From Savitreella phatthalungensis (lineage: Eukaryota), in the NCBI GenBank assembly GCA_051599415.1, contig AP039694.1:310001-374000 (forward strand): 64,000 bases of DNA, in the 5' to 3' direction. This document shows positions 19,618-29,800 of this stretch, piece after piece (position 1 is the first letter of the stretch; each line of letters begins with the position of its first letter). The notes beneath the pieces are model-generated. The model did no database searches. It saw nothing but the letters and a program-made list of their open reading frames with translations, and was not told the origin of the DNA. Position numbers and translations under genes: made by a program.

Positions 19618-20622
19618 ATGGCGATCGAAGAACGCCGGCGCGACGATGCCACGTCTTTCGGAATTATCCTGAGCTGTCTCTTCCTACCACCGCTAGCAGT
19701 CTTACTACTCGAAGGTATCAGTGCGGAGTTCATCATATCGATCTGTCTGACGATCCTCGGATGGATTCCGGGGGTCATTTACGCACTCATGCTCTGGCAT
19801 TCTGCGGGTGGTCTGACTCGTGGGGTGGCAGCAGCAGCACGAATCGAGCGCGTCAAGGAAAAGTACCGACGTCGACGGGCCAGCGACAACGCAGCTGGGT
19901 CGGCAGGCGTTGTCACCGCGGCAGCTGTTGTCGCCAATGGAGCAGGGCGTCCTTCACGTCAAGAGAACTCCGGACCCGGCACCACGACCACTGCTCCCTG
20001 GACCGCAAACCCAATTGATGGCTCCCAGCTAGCCAATTCGGAGCTGACACCAGCGCAACAGGCCAGCGTCACAGCGCGAGACAGCTCACATGGCACCTCG
20101 ACGGCAATCGCCGAGGTTCCTGAGTCCCCGCAAACATCAGGGATGTTGGAGCGCCTGAAGCGACCATTTAATTCACGCCGTCAGACCACAACATCCAGCC
20201 CAAACATCGTCCAGGCGTACCCTCAGCCGAAGTCAGCCCTTGAGCCCATCACCACCACCACCGCACCAGCAGACACCGATGTCAACTCTGATGCTGAAGC
20301 GGAAGTCTACCACGAGGCCCCGCTCGCCACAGCTGGTGCACCTGCGGCTGTGGCTGCTGCTGCTGCGGCGGCAGTACCGGCGGACGGTGTGAAAGGCAAG
20401 ACCAAAGTAGCGACACGCAAGGAGAAACCGACGTTCTACAGCGGTCTCTTCAATCGGTCACCCAAGCAAGAACAACCACCACTAACGACGGAACAGCAAC
20501 TCCAAGGCGACAAGCCACCACTCCTACCTGTTCCAGAATCAGGCTCACCTGACTTCAAGTCGCTGAGAGTGCCAGGGGAGCCGGTAGGTTTAGACAAGGG
20601 TAAATCACCTGCGGTAGTGTGA
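19618..20622 (+). CDS. Pmp3/UPF0057 proteolipid-domain protein with long disordered C-terminal extension
   Basis: ILSCLFLPPLAVLL..G...EFIISICLTILGWIPGVIYAL signature in the first 60 aa. Confidence 0.85.
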   Translation: MAIEERRRDDATSFGIILSCLFLPPLAVLLLEGISAEFIISICLTILGWIPGVIYALMLWHSAGGLTRGVAAAARIERVKEKYRRRRASDNAAGSAGVVTAAAVVANGAGRPSRQENSGPGTTTTAPWTANPIDGSQLANSELTPAQQASVTARDSSHGTSTAIAEVPESPQTSGMLERLKRPFNSRRQTTTSSPNIVQAYPQPKSALEPITTTTAPADTDVNSDAEAEVYHEAPLATAGAPAAVAAAAAAAVPADGVKGKTKVATRKEKPTFYSGLFNRSPKQEQPPLTTEQQLQGDKPPLLPVPESGSPDFKSLRVPGEPVGLDKGKSPAVV

Positions 20623-20640
20623 AATGGATTACAAAATAGG

Positions 20641-21300
20641 CTAGAGATTGTGTGGAGCTTGTAATTGTGCGTTGACGTACGCCGGTCTCCGACTTAGTCC
20701 TTCAAGCCACCTATCAATCATCGGCCATGAGTGACCTGCGACCCCGAGATTCTTCTTCATCGTAAACTCGACACTGAACGCCATCATCACATCCGCCACG
20801 GACAGCTTCCCACCGACGAGGAACAACGGGTCGTCTGGTTTGTGATTCGGGTTGGCCTTGAGAAGTGATCTCTCTACGTAGTTGAGGTCGTTAACGACGT
20901 TTTGTGACATGAAGGCTTCACACTTGTCGAGTGCCGGCTGATCTGCTGGGAGGTCTGTAAGTGACCAGCGGGCGTAGGTGATTGCCAGAGCGTGGAGGAT
21001 CATGGTACCTTCGGAGAAGTGGACCCACATCCGCTCATCCGCACTCACCTTCACCCCAGCCTTCTCCAGCAGGTACTCTGCAATGTTGCCACTCTCAAGC
21101 ACCTGCATCGTACTTCCATCCTCCAACGTGTCCTCCAAGATAGGCGCCTTCCCGAGATCGTTCAGCTTCTTGAACTCCGCAGGAGCCTTGTTGTTCACGC
21201 GTGGGTATGTCTTGATGTCGTAAGGCAGACCCAGCTCGTTCAGCAGCCATACGATTCTGAACGATCGAGAGTTTTCCAGGTGATGAATAACCAGACCCAT
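20641..21300 (-). CDS. Glutathione S-transferase, Gtt1-like
   Basis: IHHLENSRSFRIVWLLNELGLPY, LGKAPILED, ESGNIAEYL, WVHFSEGT, FLVGGKLSVADVM and RPAY. Confidence 0.92.
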   Translation of the reverse strand: MGLVIHHLENSRSFRIVWLLNELGLPYDIKTYPRVNNKAPAEFKKLNDLGKAPILEDTLEDGSTMQVLESGNIAEYLLEKAGVKVSADERMWVHFSEGTMILHALAITYARWSLTDLPADQPALDKCEAFMSQNVVNDLNYVERSLLKANPNHKPDDPLFLVGGKLSVADVMMAFSVEFTMKKNLGVAGHSWPMIDRWLEGLSRRPAYVNAQLQAPHNL

Positions 21301-21736
21301 TGTAGCAGCTAGAGGCAGCTCGACAGGAGTGTCTTTTCGAGATAGGTTTAGGTGTCGAAGACGTTGTAGTCTACTTTCTTCCTTTTTGAACTCCCGCCGG
21401 CTCCAATTTGTGTGGGGGTGCATTATTTTGTGGAGCGACGCGAGAATTGAGGCCGCCGGTCGAGAACGTCAAATTCCTTCCGCGCCTAATCTGGGTCGGG
21501 TCAAAGTGGACAAGTCTCGAAGGAGAGACATATAGCGGGCATCGGAACGCACGGATGTCATGTATCCCAACTGCTCGAGATGTACAGCAGATCTCTATGA
21601 GCAGGCCTCTACGCAACGATTGTTCACTGCCTGCCAAGATAGAAAGGTCCTCCATCGGCATTGATCATTCGCCATGATTTTGCTGATCCACGCATCGTCA
21701 TTGCAACGAGCTCAGCGGAGATCAATCCTGGAGTTG

Positions 21737-22056
21737 TCACCCATCATTGACGAGCTTTTCGAGATCTGCGCGTGTGCTCGCTACGATACGCGCACGTGCG
21801 TCTGCCGGGAATGCCGCTGATACCTATGTCAGTACTTCGTTCTTCTTACACTCAGAAGGGTGAAGGATTTGGAAATCTTACCGAGTGCCTGCTCGACCAC
21901 GCGTTCTGTGATCCTCTCGACGGAGCCTTGCTCGTCTTTCACAAGTCGCGCGATCAGTGTGGCCATGTCAGCACGCTGCAGTTCTTCTGCAACCTTTCTC
22001 GCTAGCGCCCTGTCGTAGCCTGCCCTGACGAAGCGGTCGTTCAGATCGTCGTCCAT
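21737..22056 (-). CDS. SUS1: Sus1/ENY2 (SAGA DUB and TREX-2 subunit); exons 22056-21882 and 21816-21737, 84 aa
   Basis: A 65-nt intron at 21817-21881 (GTAAGA...TACTGAC...ATCAG) gives ...ERITERVVEQALAAFPADARARIVASTRADLEKLVNDG*. Size and helix pattern fit Sus1, although the usual GW motif is absent. Confidence 0.68.
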
Positions 22057-22334
22057 GGTAGCGAATACGGTGGGTCGCTTTCTTGGTGAGATGAGTGACT
22101 GCGGAAGACTTCAGTGATGATTAAATGAAGTCCTGTAGGAGACCGAGTGTCTACTACTTTACTTTGCCGCGTGTGGTCGTACGTGTGCAAGTCTATTTTT
22201 ATGTAGAGTCACGTCACACATTCAATCATCATGCAGTGGAAATGCACGCACACGAAAACCGCTCGGTTGGGCGTGCGGTCGCAACTCTCTACCCGGCGAG
22301 CACAGCAATTCATGTGTCATATGTACTGATATTT

Positions 22335-22808
22335 CTACGCCGACTTGTTCTCAATCAGTCTGCCGGCGTCGATGTACTTGCCATCAAAGTGTCTGACCCA
22401 GTCGTCGAGTGCCTGTTTCTGTTCTGCGTCGAGATTGTCAAGGGTGTCGATTGGGCCTGCTGGGTCTACAAAGTTGTCATCGTCGAACGAGCCTAGTGCC
22501 AGCGCGCGTGAGGCGTCACGGCCACCAAACGAGCTGTACGGCCCTTGGGGACCGTAGAATGCAGCGCCGGCTGTGACATCGTATACCTTGCCCTTGACGG
22601 CCACGAGGATGTGTCGGTCGTCGTTGGTACCATTGAATTTCTGCAGTTCAGCAGGCGTGTAGTCGCGTTTCTCAAGCGGTCGAATTGGCTCAGGTGCTTT
22701 TACAGCAGGACCGCGAGACAATCTTCTGTAAGTCAGGTAGATCAGAAGCGCAACCAATGCGATATTGGTTGGCGTCAAGAACGCTGCGACTTCAGGCACT
22801 GGAGCCAT
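22335..22808 (-). CDS. DAP1: Membrane-associated cytochrome b5-like heme/steroid-binding protein (Dap1/PGRMC1)
   Basis: N-terminal TM, YTPAELQKFNG, ILVAVKGKVYDVT, FYGPQGPYSSFGGRDASRALA and DW..HF..KY...GRL. Confidence 0.92.
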   Translation of the reverse strand: MAPVPEVAAFLTPTNIALVALLIYLTYRRLSRGPAVKAPEPIRPLEKRDYTPAELQKFNGTNDDRHILVAVKGKVYDVTAGAAFYGPQGPYSSFGGRDASRALALGSFDDDNFVDPAGPIDTLDNLDAEQKQALDDWVRHFDGKYIDAGRLIENKSA

Positions 22809-23147
22809 GACTGACCTAGATCGTAGATGTCTCTGGTAGATGGAGATGATGTATTACTCCGATAACCCTATGCGAGTGTTGAAGTGTGAACGAGTAATGC
22901 GCTTTGCGTGTGTGGCTGCTCGGGTAAGAGATTGATTTCCATAGATCTGTGTGTGAAGAACAAGAATACACAAATGGTCACGTCTCACCAATACGAGTGG
23001 TAATGCACACTCGATGCATTCTTACCAGGCTTAACGGACGGCAGAGAGACACAGATGCTCTTCAAGTACTGTCTATTCGTCATTCCTGCTATTCCTGATC
23101 TAGATATTCATTCACATCGCATCACTCCCTACCAGACGCTCGTTGAT

Positions 23148-23861
23148 TCATGATACGGGCCTTCTCCTGAATGCCAGTGTGGCCAGTGTTGATCCCTGCT
23201 TGCCACCAAAGCTGAAGCTGGGCCGCTTGACTTCGCCTACAAGCTGAAGCTGGCCTCCCTCGGTCATCCTTGCAAGTAGCTCATCGCGTGTCCAGTTACA
23301 GCTGGTGATCAGGAGCGTGCCTTCACCTTGACTCGCGGCATCTCCCGCCAAGAGTTTCGTCACTTGACCAGGATACGCCTCCGCCAGAGTCCGCCCATCG
23401 TCCAACCGCTCGTCGGACAGACAAATGGCATCGTACGTGCCCTTGTCAAGCACCAGATCGTAGCTCCCTTTGTAATCTTGCTTGATGAAATCTGCAACGT
23501 CAAATGTGATCTTATCATCGAGGCTGCGCTTCTTTGCAATCGCCCTTGCTAGCTCTACACTGTCTTCAGAGTAATCGATTCCGTGCATCCGCCATGCGCC
23601 GTACCCTTCTTCGTGGAGCGTGAAGAGCAAATGTCCGTTCCCCGTGCCGAGATCGAGCACTGTGAGTGGTTCGTCCTCGAGATCCTCATAGTGCTTGCTC
23701 AGGTACTCCAGTAGCTTATCCTCCGACTCTGTTCCGAACCACACCTCGCCCTCGTCCTCCGCGTTTTCAGCAAAGTTACGCCGCTCACGCGCATACACGG
23801 TATCCCAGTACGCCCGAGTCCCGAGCTTTGACGGCACCGGCTCGACGACGGCCTCCGCCAT
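23148..23861 (-). CDS. EFM4: eEF1A protein-lysine N-methyltransferase Efm4
   Basis: PSKLGTRAYWD..Y..E..NF, EGEVWFG, VLDLGTGNGHLL, GIDYS, VLDKGTYDAI, LITSCNWT and FSFGGKQG. Confidence 0.93.
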   Translation of the reverse strand: MAEAVVEPVPSKLGTRAYWDTVYARERRNFAENAEDEGEVWFGTESEDKLLEYLSKHYEDLEDEPLTVLDLGTGNGHLLFTLHEEGYGAWRMHGIDYSEDSVELARAIAKKRSLDDKITFDVADFIKQDYKGSYDLVLDKGTYDAICLSDERLDDGRTLAEAYPGQVTKLLAGDAASQGEGTLLITSCNWTRDELLARMTEGGQLQLVGEVKRPSFSFGGKQGSTLATLAFRRRPVS

Positions 23862-24053
23862 GAGCTCCACCTCCAGCGCGATGAATCAGGCCCGTGCTCT
23901 TAGCTACCTTCGAATATTCTCTGTGAACAGTAAGTATACTACTGCTTTGCAATTTCCGCGGACTAATTTTACTCTACCTTTGAACTTTCACATGCATCCG
24001 TGTCCATCAATCATTGATCCCCCGCCTCATCCCATCGCCATCGACCGCTGTCC

Positions 24054-24851
24054 ATGCTCGCTAGATCTCGACCTCGACTACCATTTTCAAGCTTCCGGTG
24101 CGTGAAACATCTCCTTCCAAGCTTGTATCATTCGACCATGGCAAGCGGCGTGCAGGCGGGCGCTTGGACGGGATCATGGGATGTCCCACCTGAGATCGCG
24201 CGGTCATGCAGGGAGTTCACGACATGTGATGTGTCGGACGTGCTGCTGAAGCTGGGTGTGAGGAGTGGTGGCTACCTGCCTGACTTTGTGCGGCGCACGG
24301 GCGATGGGAGGTGCTTTGGGCGGGTGTGGCCTGTGCAATTTGCGGACAAGGACGACGCGGCTGCGTGTGCCGTATCGCCCAACTACAACGGACACTACAT
24401 TGACAACGTCCCGGCAGGCGCAGTCGTCCTCCTCCAGGCACCCAAATATCTCACGAATGCGTGTCTTGGCGGCATCATGGCACTCAGAGCACAGGTATGT
24501 GGGGCTGTAGGGATTATCGTTGACGGTAGGGTTAGAGATGTGGCGGAGTTGACGTCGATCCAGGAGAACAAGTCGATGCCCGTGTTCTCACGCGGACTAT
24601 CAATTGTCGGCGCGGGCGCAGGCTGCAAACCTATGGCTGTGAACGTTCAGGTCCAGATCGAAGGGTACGGCGCGGTACATCCGGGAGACATTGTCTTCGC
24701 TGATGACGAAGGCGTTGTCGTCATTCCAAAAGACACAGATCCGGAAGACTTCTACAGGCGCATCGTGAAGGGCACAGAGGCTGATGGCAAGGTTTCAGTT
24801 GCTGTTCGTGGGGGCATGACAGTGGAGAAAGCATTCGCAACATTTAGATGA
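24054..24851 (+). CDS. RraA-like / 4-hydroxy-4-methyl-2-oxoglutarate aldolase (YER010C-like)
   Basis: TTCDVSDVLLKL, HYIDNVP, NACLGGIMALRA, IIVDGRVRDVAE and VHPGDIVFADDEGVVVIP. ATG 24054 adds an Arg/Ser-rich presequence-like leader; alternative start 24138. Confidence 0.9.
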   Translation: MLARSRPRLPFSSFRCVKHLLPSLYHSTMASGVQAGAWTGSWDVPPEIARSCREFTTCDVSDVLLKLGVRSGGYLPDFVRRTGDGRCFGRVWPVQFADKDDAAACAVSPNYNGHYIDNVPAGAVVLLQAPKYLTNACLGGIMALRAQVCGAVGIIVDGRVRDVAELTSIQENKSMPVFSRGLSIVGAGAGCKPMAVNVQVQIEGYGAVHPGDIVFADDEGVVVIPKDTDPEDFYRRIVKGTEADGKVSVAVRGGMTVEKAFATFR

Positions 24852-24929
24852 CCATTGGATTACTCGGGGACCGATACATGCAGGAGTACAGAGGGGAATA
24901 GAATATCACTCTCGCGGTGAGGAACCTGA

Positions 24930-26303
24930 TCAGCCGCGCTTCGATTGCTTTGATTGCTGCTTTCGCAATGCGCGCTCACGCTCTTTTGAGAGTGCCTTTT
25001 TCTGCTCGGAAGCGGACAAGTTAGAAATCCGCTCCCTTGCCTCCTTGTCACGCTGCTCTTTGCGTGTCATTCTGCCGTTTGCGTTCGCCGACAGCGCTCC
25101 GCCCGTCACCCAGTCACTGAAAGAAGATTTCTGCTCGACGGCATCCTGCTTCGCGGCAGCGACCAATTGGTTGTATGTGGAGTTGCGAGCTGAGATAAGT
25201 CTCTGCTTGCCGTTCGGGGTGATGCGTGTCTTTGGCAATGCCGTGTCAGCAAGAGCAAGCACAGCGGACAGGAGGTTGCTCAACTGATCTGTCGTGGCTT
25301 TGTCGGCCAGGACGGACAGACGGATCGTGCGCTCGCTCGCATGCGTCGCTTGCAATTCGTCAGACTTATCACCAGCGCGAGCGTTCGGCTGCTTCACGGG
25401 CTGATCGGAGACGACCACATACTCGAGACAGTCTTTCGCACCTTGGATAGCAGTCACAAAGTCAGCAGTGAGCAAACGATCATTTGTCTCGGCCAGCTCA
25501 TTCATGCACACAAACTCGCGTGGCAGCTTGTCTGGCAGATCTTGTGTTTTGGTGAACTGCAAGTCCCAGTCAGACAAGCGTAGTCTGCGCATGACCTCCT
25601 TGTGGACTACTGCCCAGACGAAGCCATCGGGCACATTGTCGCGCGGAAGAGTGAAGTTGAGCTCGAGTCGGTCAACGAGGCTGGGCTGATCAAAGTAGAG
25701 GCCGTAGATCGAGCTGAACACATAGCCTACGAGGAGGTCGTGTCTAGGCTTTGTAGTGATATCGACATGAACAGATTCGACATTCTTCCGACCAGAGGCA
25801 TAGGAGATGAAGCGTGTCTGTGTGTCTTTCAGCAGAGGTGCACCAGTCGTGGCAGGACCAACCTGTGCAAATTGCTCATGCAGCAGGCGGTACACCTTTT
25901 GGAAGTGCTTCTTTGCAGCATCATCGTTCGCTGCTGATCCGCTGAAATGTGACATGATATAGCCCGCCAACACGACCATGATGAAGCACTCGAAGTAGAA
26001 TTCATCGATTGTATGCCTGTCCCAAAAGGTTGCGAGATTCTGACGGAAAGTGAGTGGCACGGAGAAGGGTTGCTGCTGCCCATTAGAGGCCACCTTGCCA
26101 GCAGCATCTCTTACAGCAGATGCAGCGGCAGCTGTACTTGCCTTTGCGGCTGCTGCTGCCGCGGTCGCTGCGGATGCGGCAGAAGCAGCAGCTTTTGATG
26201 AGGCAGCTGCCGCGGACTTCTTCGCTGCACCTGGTAGGTAGTCTGCAAAGTCCGCAGCGGCAAGACCCGTGAACAGATTTACAGCGAGCAGGATATCCAT
26301 CAT
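24930..26303 (-). CDS. CCDC47 / DUF1682 ER membrane protein (PAT complex subunit)
   Basis: Signal-like N-terminus, TM then GSAANDDAAK, EQFAQVG, FISYASGRKNV, PDGFVWAVVHK and C-terminal LSASEQKKALSKERER coiled coil. Confidence 0.88.
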   Translation of the reverse strand: MMDILLAVNLFTGLAAADFADYLPGAAKKSAAAASSKAAASAASAATAAAAAAKASTAAAASAVRDAAGKVASNGQQQPFSVPLTFRQNLATFWDRHTIDEFYFECFIMVVLAGYIMSHFSGSAANDDAAKKHFQKVYRLLHEQFAQVGPATTGAPLLKDTQTRFISYASGRKNVESVHVDITTKPRHDLLVGYVFSSIYGLYFDQPSLVDRLELNFTLPRDNVPDGFVWAVVHKEVMRRLRLSDWDLQFTKTQDLPDKLPREFVCMNELAETNDRLLTADFVTAIQGAKDCLEYVVVSDQPVKQPNARAGDKSDELQATHASERTIRLSVLADKATTDQLSNLLSAVLALADTALPKTRITPNGKQRLISARNSTYNQLVAAAKQDAVEQKSSFSDWVTGGALSANANGRMTRKEQRDKEARERISNLSASEQKKALSKERERALRKQQSKQSKRG

Positions 26304-28228
26304 CCACGACAGCCCCTGTCTACTAAGACATCCCTTAGAAGAGGATGGCGTTGACCCAGAACTGCCAGGGCTAGCGCGTCGCATGCGTGGGTCAGCAAAC
26401 GTGCATGCGAGTGAATTCGCAGAGACTGTGGCGTCGGTCGTGAACTGTGGCTAAACGTATCGCCGTTGCTCAGTCTCGTGCACGTGCTCAATCAGCTAAA
26501 GTATATCTCACCTGGAGAACACGCACAAGTTGCCACGCCCTGGCCTTTGAACTTAGCATGCCTCAACAGTGTCTAGAATGAGCCCATCGTAGCTATGCTG
26601 CTTGATTTATCCACAGTACCATCCATAGCGTTACCATTTCGTAAGAATCTCTTCCGTCAAGTCAAGACTGCCAAATTCTGGATAGCAGCTTGTTTCTCCG
26701 CGATCTCCATATCGAGTGTTACAACCATGGTAGTAGAAATGAGATCACGGATCCACTCGAGTCGGTCTTTCAAATCGGCGCTCTCCAGTACATATGTGTC
26801 TGGTCGTTGTAGAGCGAGTTAGATGCTGGGATTAGGCTGCTAGCATTGGTGCTGGTGGATTCAAGGCGGTGCAACTGCCCGAGACTCGCAGTCTTGTGAC
26901 ACGCGAGTGGTACATTATGATTTCGATGATGCATGATGCCGGCAAAGAAGCTCGAAGGAATGGTACAATGAGCTGACGGCTCTATGTCACAATTCAGGAT
27001 CACTTCAATTCGACGCACGGACAACGTTATCCGATCGAAGTCAGGTCAGTGTCTGCCGTGCTGCGCCTTGGATTGAGGAGTTCTATATACCCAGAATTGG
27101 CGCATGACCGTGCCTTTTGCCGCGTCCGCCTGTGGTTGCAGGATGTGGTCTGACGAGCTTGCTGCATCTCCGATAGGAGCTGTTGCCTTCTGATTTTGTC
27201 TATAGTCACATTAAGCATATTTCCCGAGAGGAAGGAGGGGAGATGATGGCTCATGATTAAAAATCAATTTTGTTTGTGGGGAGATCTACCTTGGCTTGAA
27301 GCTCTAAAATCACGTACCCATCACCAGAAGCGTTCATTCCCAGCACGGTTCCCAGCATGGGTGAGAGGATTTTGGAAGGTTCTGTGAATGGTGCAACTTG
27401 AGGAGATGGAATGAGATCAGAGTCAATTTTGAGTACTGCTTCCAATCATACAATGATGGTTAACGCCAGGACGGCAAGTGAGTCACCTATGACCAATCTC
27501 CATAGAACTCGTCCTGCCCAATTCAGCAATTCTTTCACAAGGATTTGTGTTGCTCGTATAATCTGACTCGAATTGGAGTCGGTGATCGACAATGGGAAAC
27601 TGAATTACGGGCTGTTTCCACATGCGTGTCTTGAACCGCACGCAATGCATCGGTGGTACCTCCCCTTCCCGAGAACTCTGGTGTATTCCCAGTCATCTCT
27701 AAAACAAGCCACATCAGTAATAAAGGTATGACAATCGGGATCTGATTGGGATCTGATTGAGATATGATTGATTCTGGTAAGATCGATCGAGTCTCTGTGA
27801 GACTCACTTTTCATAGCTCCCTCCTACTGCTCCTGGAGAAAGGGAAGCCCCGTGAACACGAAATTACAAACGGACCTATCATTCGTGACATCGTGCGCTA
27901 AATTTTTGGCGGGTCGCCTAAATTCGCTCATGTAGGGCACATGCTTCATGCTCGATTGAGCTCCATGTGCGCACAGAAGATGACTCTGGCGCGCATTGAT
28001 GACTCGAGCATTCTGACTCAACAATCTCGAAAGTGCATGTTGTGAAGGTATTAAAGCAGGCTGATGTCCTGGGAATAACATGTTCACTCATTACTTGCTA
28101 TGGCTTCAAGGATCTCCACTACTGGAGGCGACAATGTCTTTGCCGGTGTCTCAATGCTCGATGTGGCACGGCACAATCCTAGACAGTCAGCGGATTCTTC
28201 ACGCTGTATCAGAACGACACCGAAAACT

Positions 28229-29800
28229 ATGTCACGGTTGGCAGCAGCAGTTCGAGGCGCTGTTGTGACTGTTTCCTCACTGAATGCGGACGGAACAACG
28301 AACCGGACTACTACACCTGGACAACCTCGTTTGGACATTAAGACACAGCACAGTTTCCGGCCTGGCGACATGGTCAAGGGATCTGTCATTGTGCCAGACG
28401 GCTTTGATGAAAGCCAACACAAGCTTATGGTTGCACTAATTGGCAAAGTGCAGTACAACACTGTACGCTGGGCCGAAGAAAAGAGCAGATACACAGAGAA
28501 GACGGCAACATGGGACTTCATTCGCCAGGTGACTGAAGTTGGCGTGCCTTTGCGTGGCTCGAGCAGCCAACTGCGCAAGGCTGATTTTGCAATCTGGCTC
28601 CCTGCTTCGTTGCAGCCGCGCCAGTGCCCTTTGCACGAGCACCAGCACTTGGCACTCCCTTCAAGCTTGGGGAAACGACGTCCAGACGGTCTTTGTGACT
28701 TGACGGCGCAACACACCGACCTGAACATCAATTATCTTGTCCGCACCGACATTGTGGATCGGCTTGACAACCGTGTGTTGGAGGGCGATCGCAAGGAGAT
28801 CATCGTACAAGCAGTTGCACTGCCGGCACCTTTGCGCGTGGACGAGATCGAGCAGAAGCAGCCACCGCTTCCCGGATCTAGTATCAGTGGACCTTCGAAC
28901 AACTGGTGCACTCCAGCCTCTGGTATCTCCATCTCCACACGACTCGGTAGCGAACAAGGCAAGTTGGCTTTGGCTCTGGAACCAGAGAAGTGCTTCGACA
29001 CCACGACTGGAGTCTATGATGGCTACCTCGCCGTCACTTTCACTGCTGCTTCGCCATCGATCATGCCGCCGCAGCTCAAGAAAGTCAATGCTTCCCTCGT
29101 CGCTACCACAATCGGGCGCACAGAGCACTTTCACTTACACAGAAGGCCGAGCGTGCGATCGACTTATCATATGGTCGCACCACTTGAGCCATCATCTCAA
29201 TTCGCACGTGCGCTTTCGGTCTCGCCACAGACGGCTGCGGCGTGGCAATCCGGCACGAGCTGGACACGTTCTTCAGACAACGAGCTCCAATGGCACGCAC
29301 GAGTACCGCTGCGTGTGCAATTGGAAGGTGTCGGCACGAAGTTCTACCTGCCGCCGTGCTTCGAGAGTTGTCTTGCCTCTCGGAGATACCGGTTGAGGTT
29401 GGAGATTGGCCTTTCGTCCGACAAGGCACTTAAAAAGTTCGGCAAGATCGAATACCACATCGGATGTCTTGTGGCAGACCAAAAGCCTGCAAGCACGTTC
29501 GTGATCGACGAAGCACGTGACCTCGCCGTTGGAGACGCCGACAAGCCTACATACGAGGAAGTCACGTCCGCACACACACCCGTCGCTCCCTGCGCAGAGG
29601 TACCTGGCTACGACTTTGCAGACGCAGCCACGCTCGCCGCACTGCTATCTGCATCCGGTCGGGACCCTGCATCCCTGCACGCGGCCGAGCGAGGATCGCT
29701 TGCAGAGCAGCAACTCCTGCTCGACCGCCAGGCAGCAGCAGAACGCGCGGCCGAGCGCGAGCGCATCCCAGCCTGGGCAGCCAAGGCTGAATGCCAATAG
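28229..29800 (+). CDS. Arrestin-related / Bul1-like ubiquitin-ligase adaptor
   Basis: FRPGDMVKGSVIV, HLALPSSLG, INYLVRTDI and LPPCFESCLASRRYRLRLEI; PY-like KPTYEE and VPGY near the C-terminus. Upstream in-frame ATG 28100 is possible. Confidence 0.7.
   Translation: MSRLAAAVRGAVVTVSSLNADGTTNRTTTPGQPRLDIKTQHSFRPGDMVKGSVIVPDGFDESQHKLMVALIGKVQYNTVRWAEEKSRYTEKTATWDFIRQVTEVGVPLRGSSSQLRKADFAIWLPASLQPRQCPLHEHQHLALPSSLGKRRPDGLCDLTAQHTDLNINYLVRTDIVDRLDNRVLEGDRKEIIVQAVALPAPLRVDEIEQKQPPLPGSSISGPSNNWCTPASGISISTRLGSEQGKLALALEPEKCFDTTTGVYDGYLAVTFTAASPSIMPPQLKKVNASLVATTIGRTEHFHLHRRPSVRSTYHMVAPLEPSSQFARALSVSPQTAAAWQSGTSWTRSSDNELQWHARVPLRVQLEGVGTKFYLPPCFESCLASRRYRLRLEIGLSSDKALKKFGKIEYHIGCLVADQKPASTFVIDEARDLAVGDADKPTYEEVTSAHTPVAPCAEVPGYDFADAATLAALLSASGRDPASLHAAERGSLAEQQLLLDRQAAAERAAERERIPAWAAKAECQ

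Noticed and set aside
23881..24064. ATG + GTAAGT + CTAAT as an extra 5' exon for the RraA-like gene
   Set aside because: The next AG is ~90 nt from the putative branch point, unlike the other introns here; unsupported.
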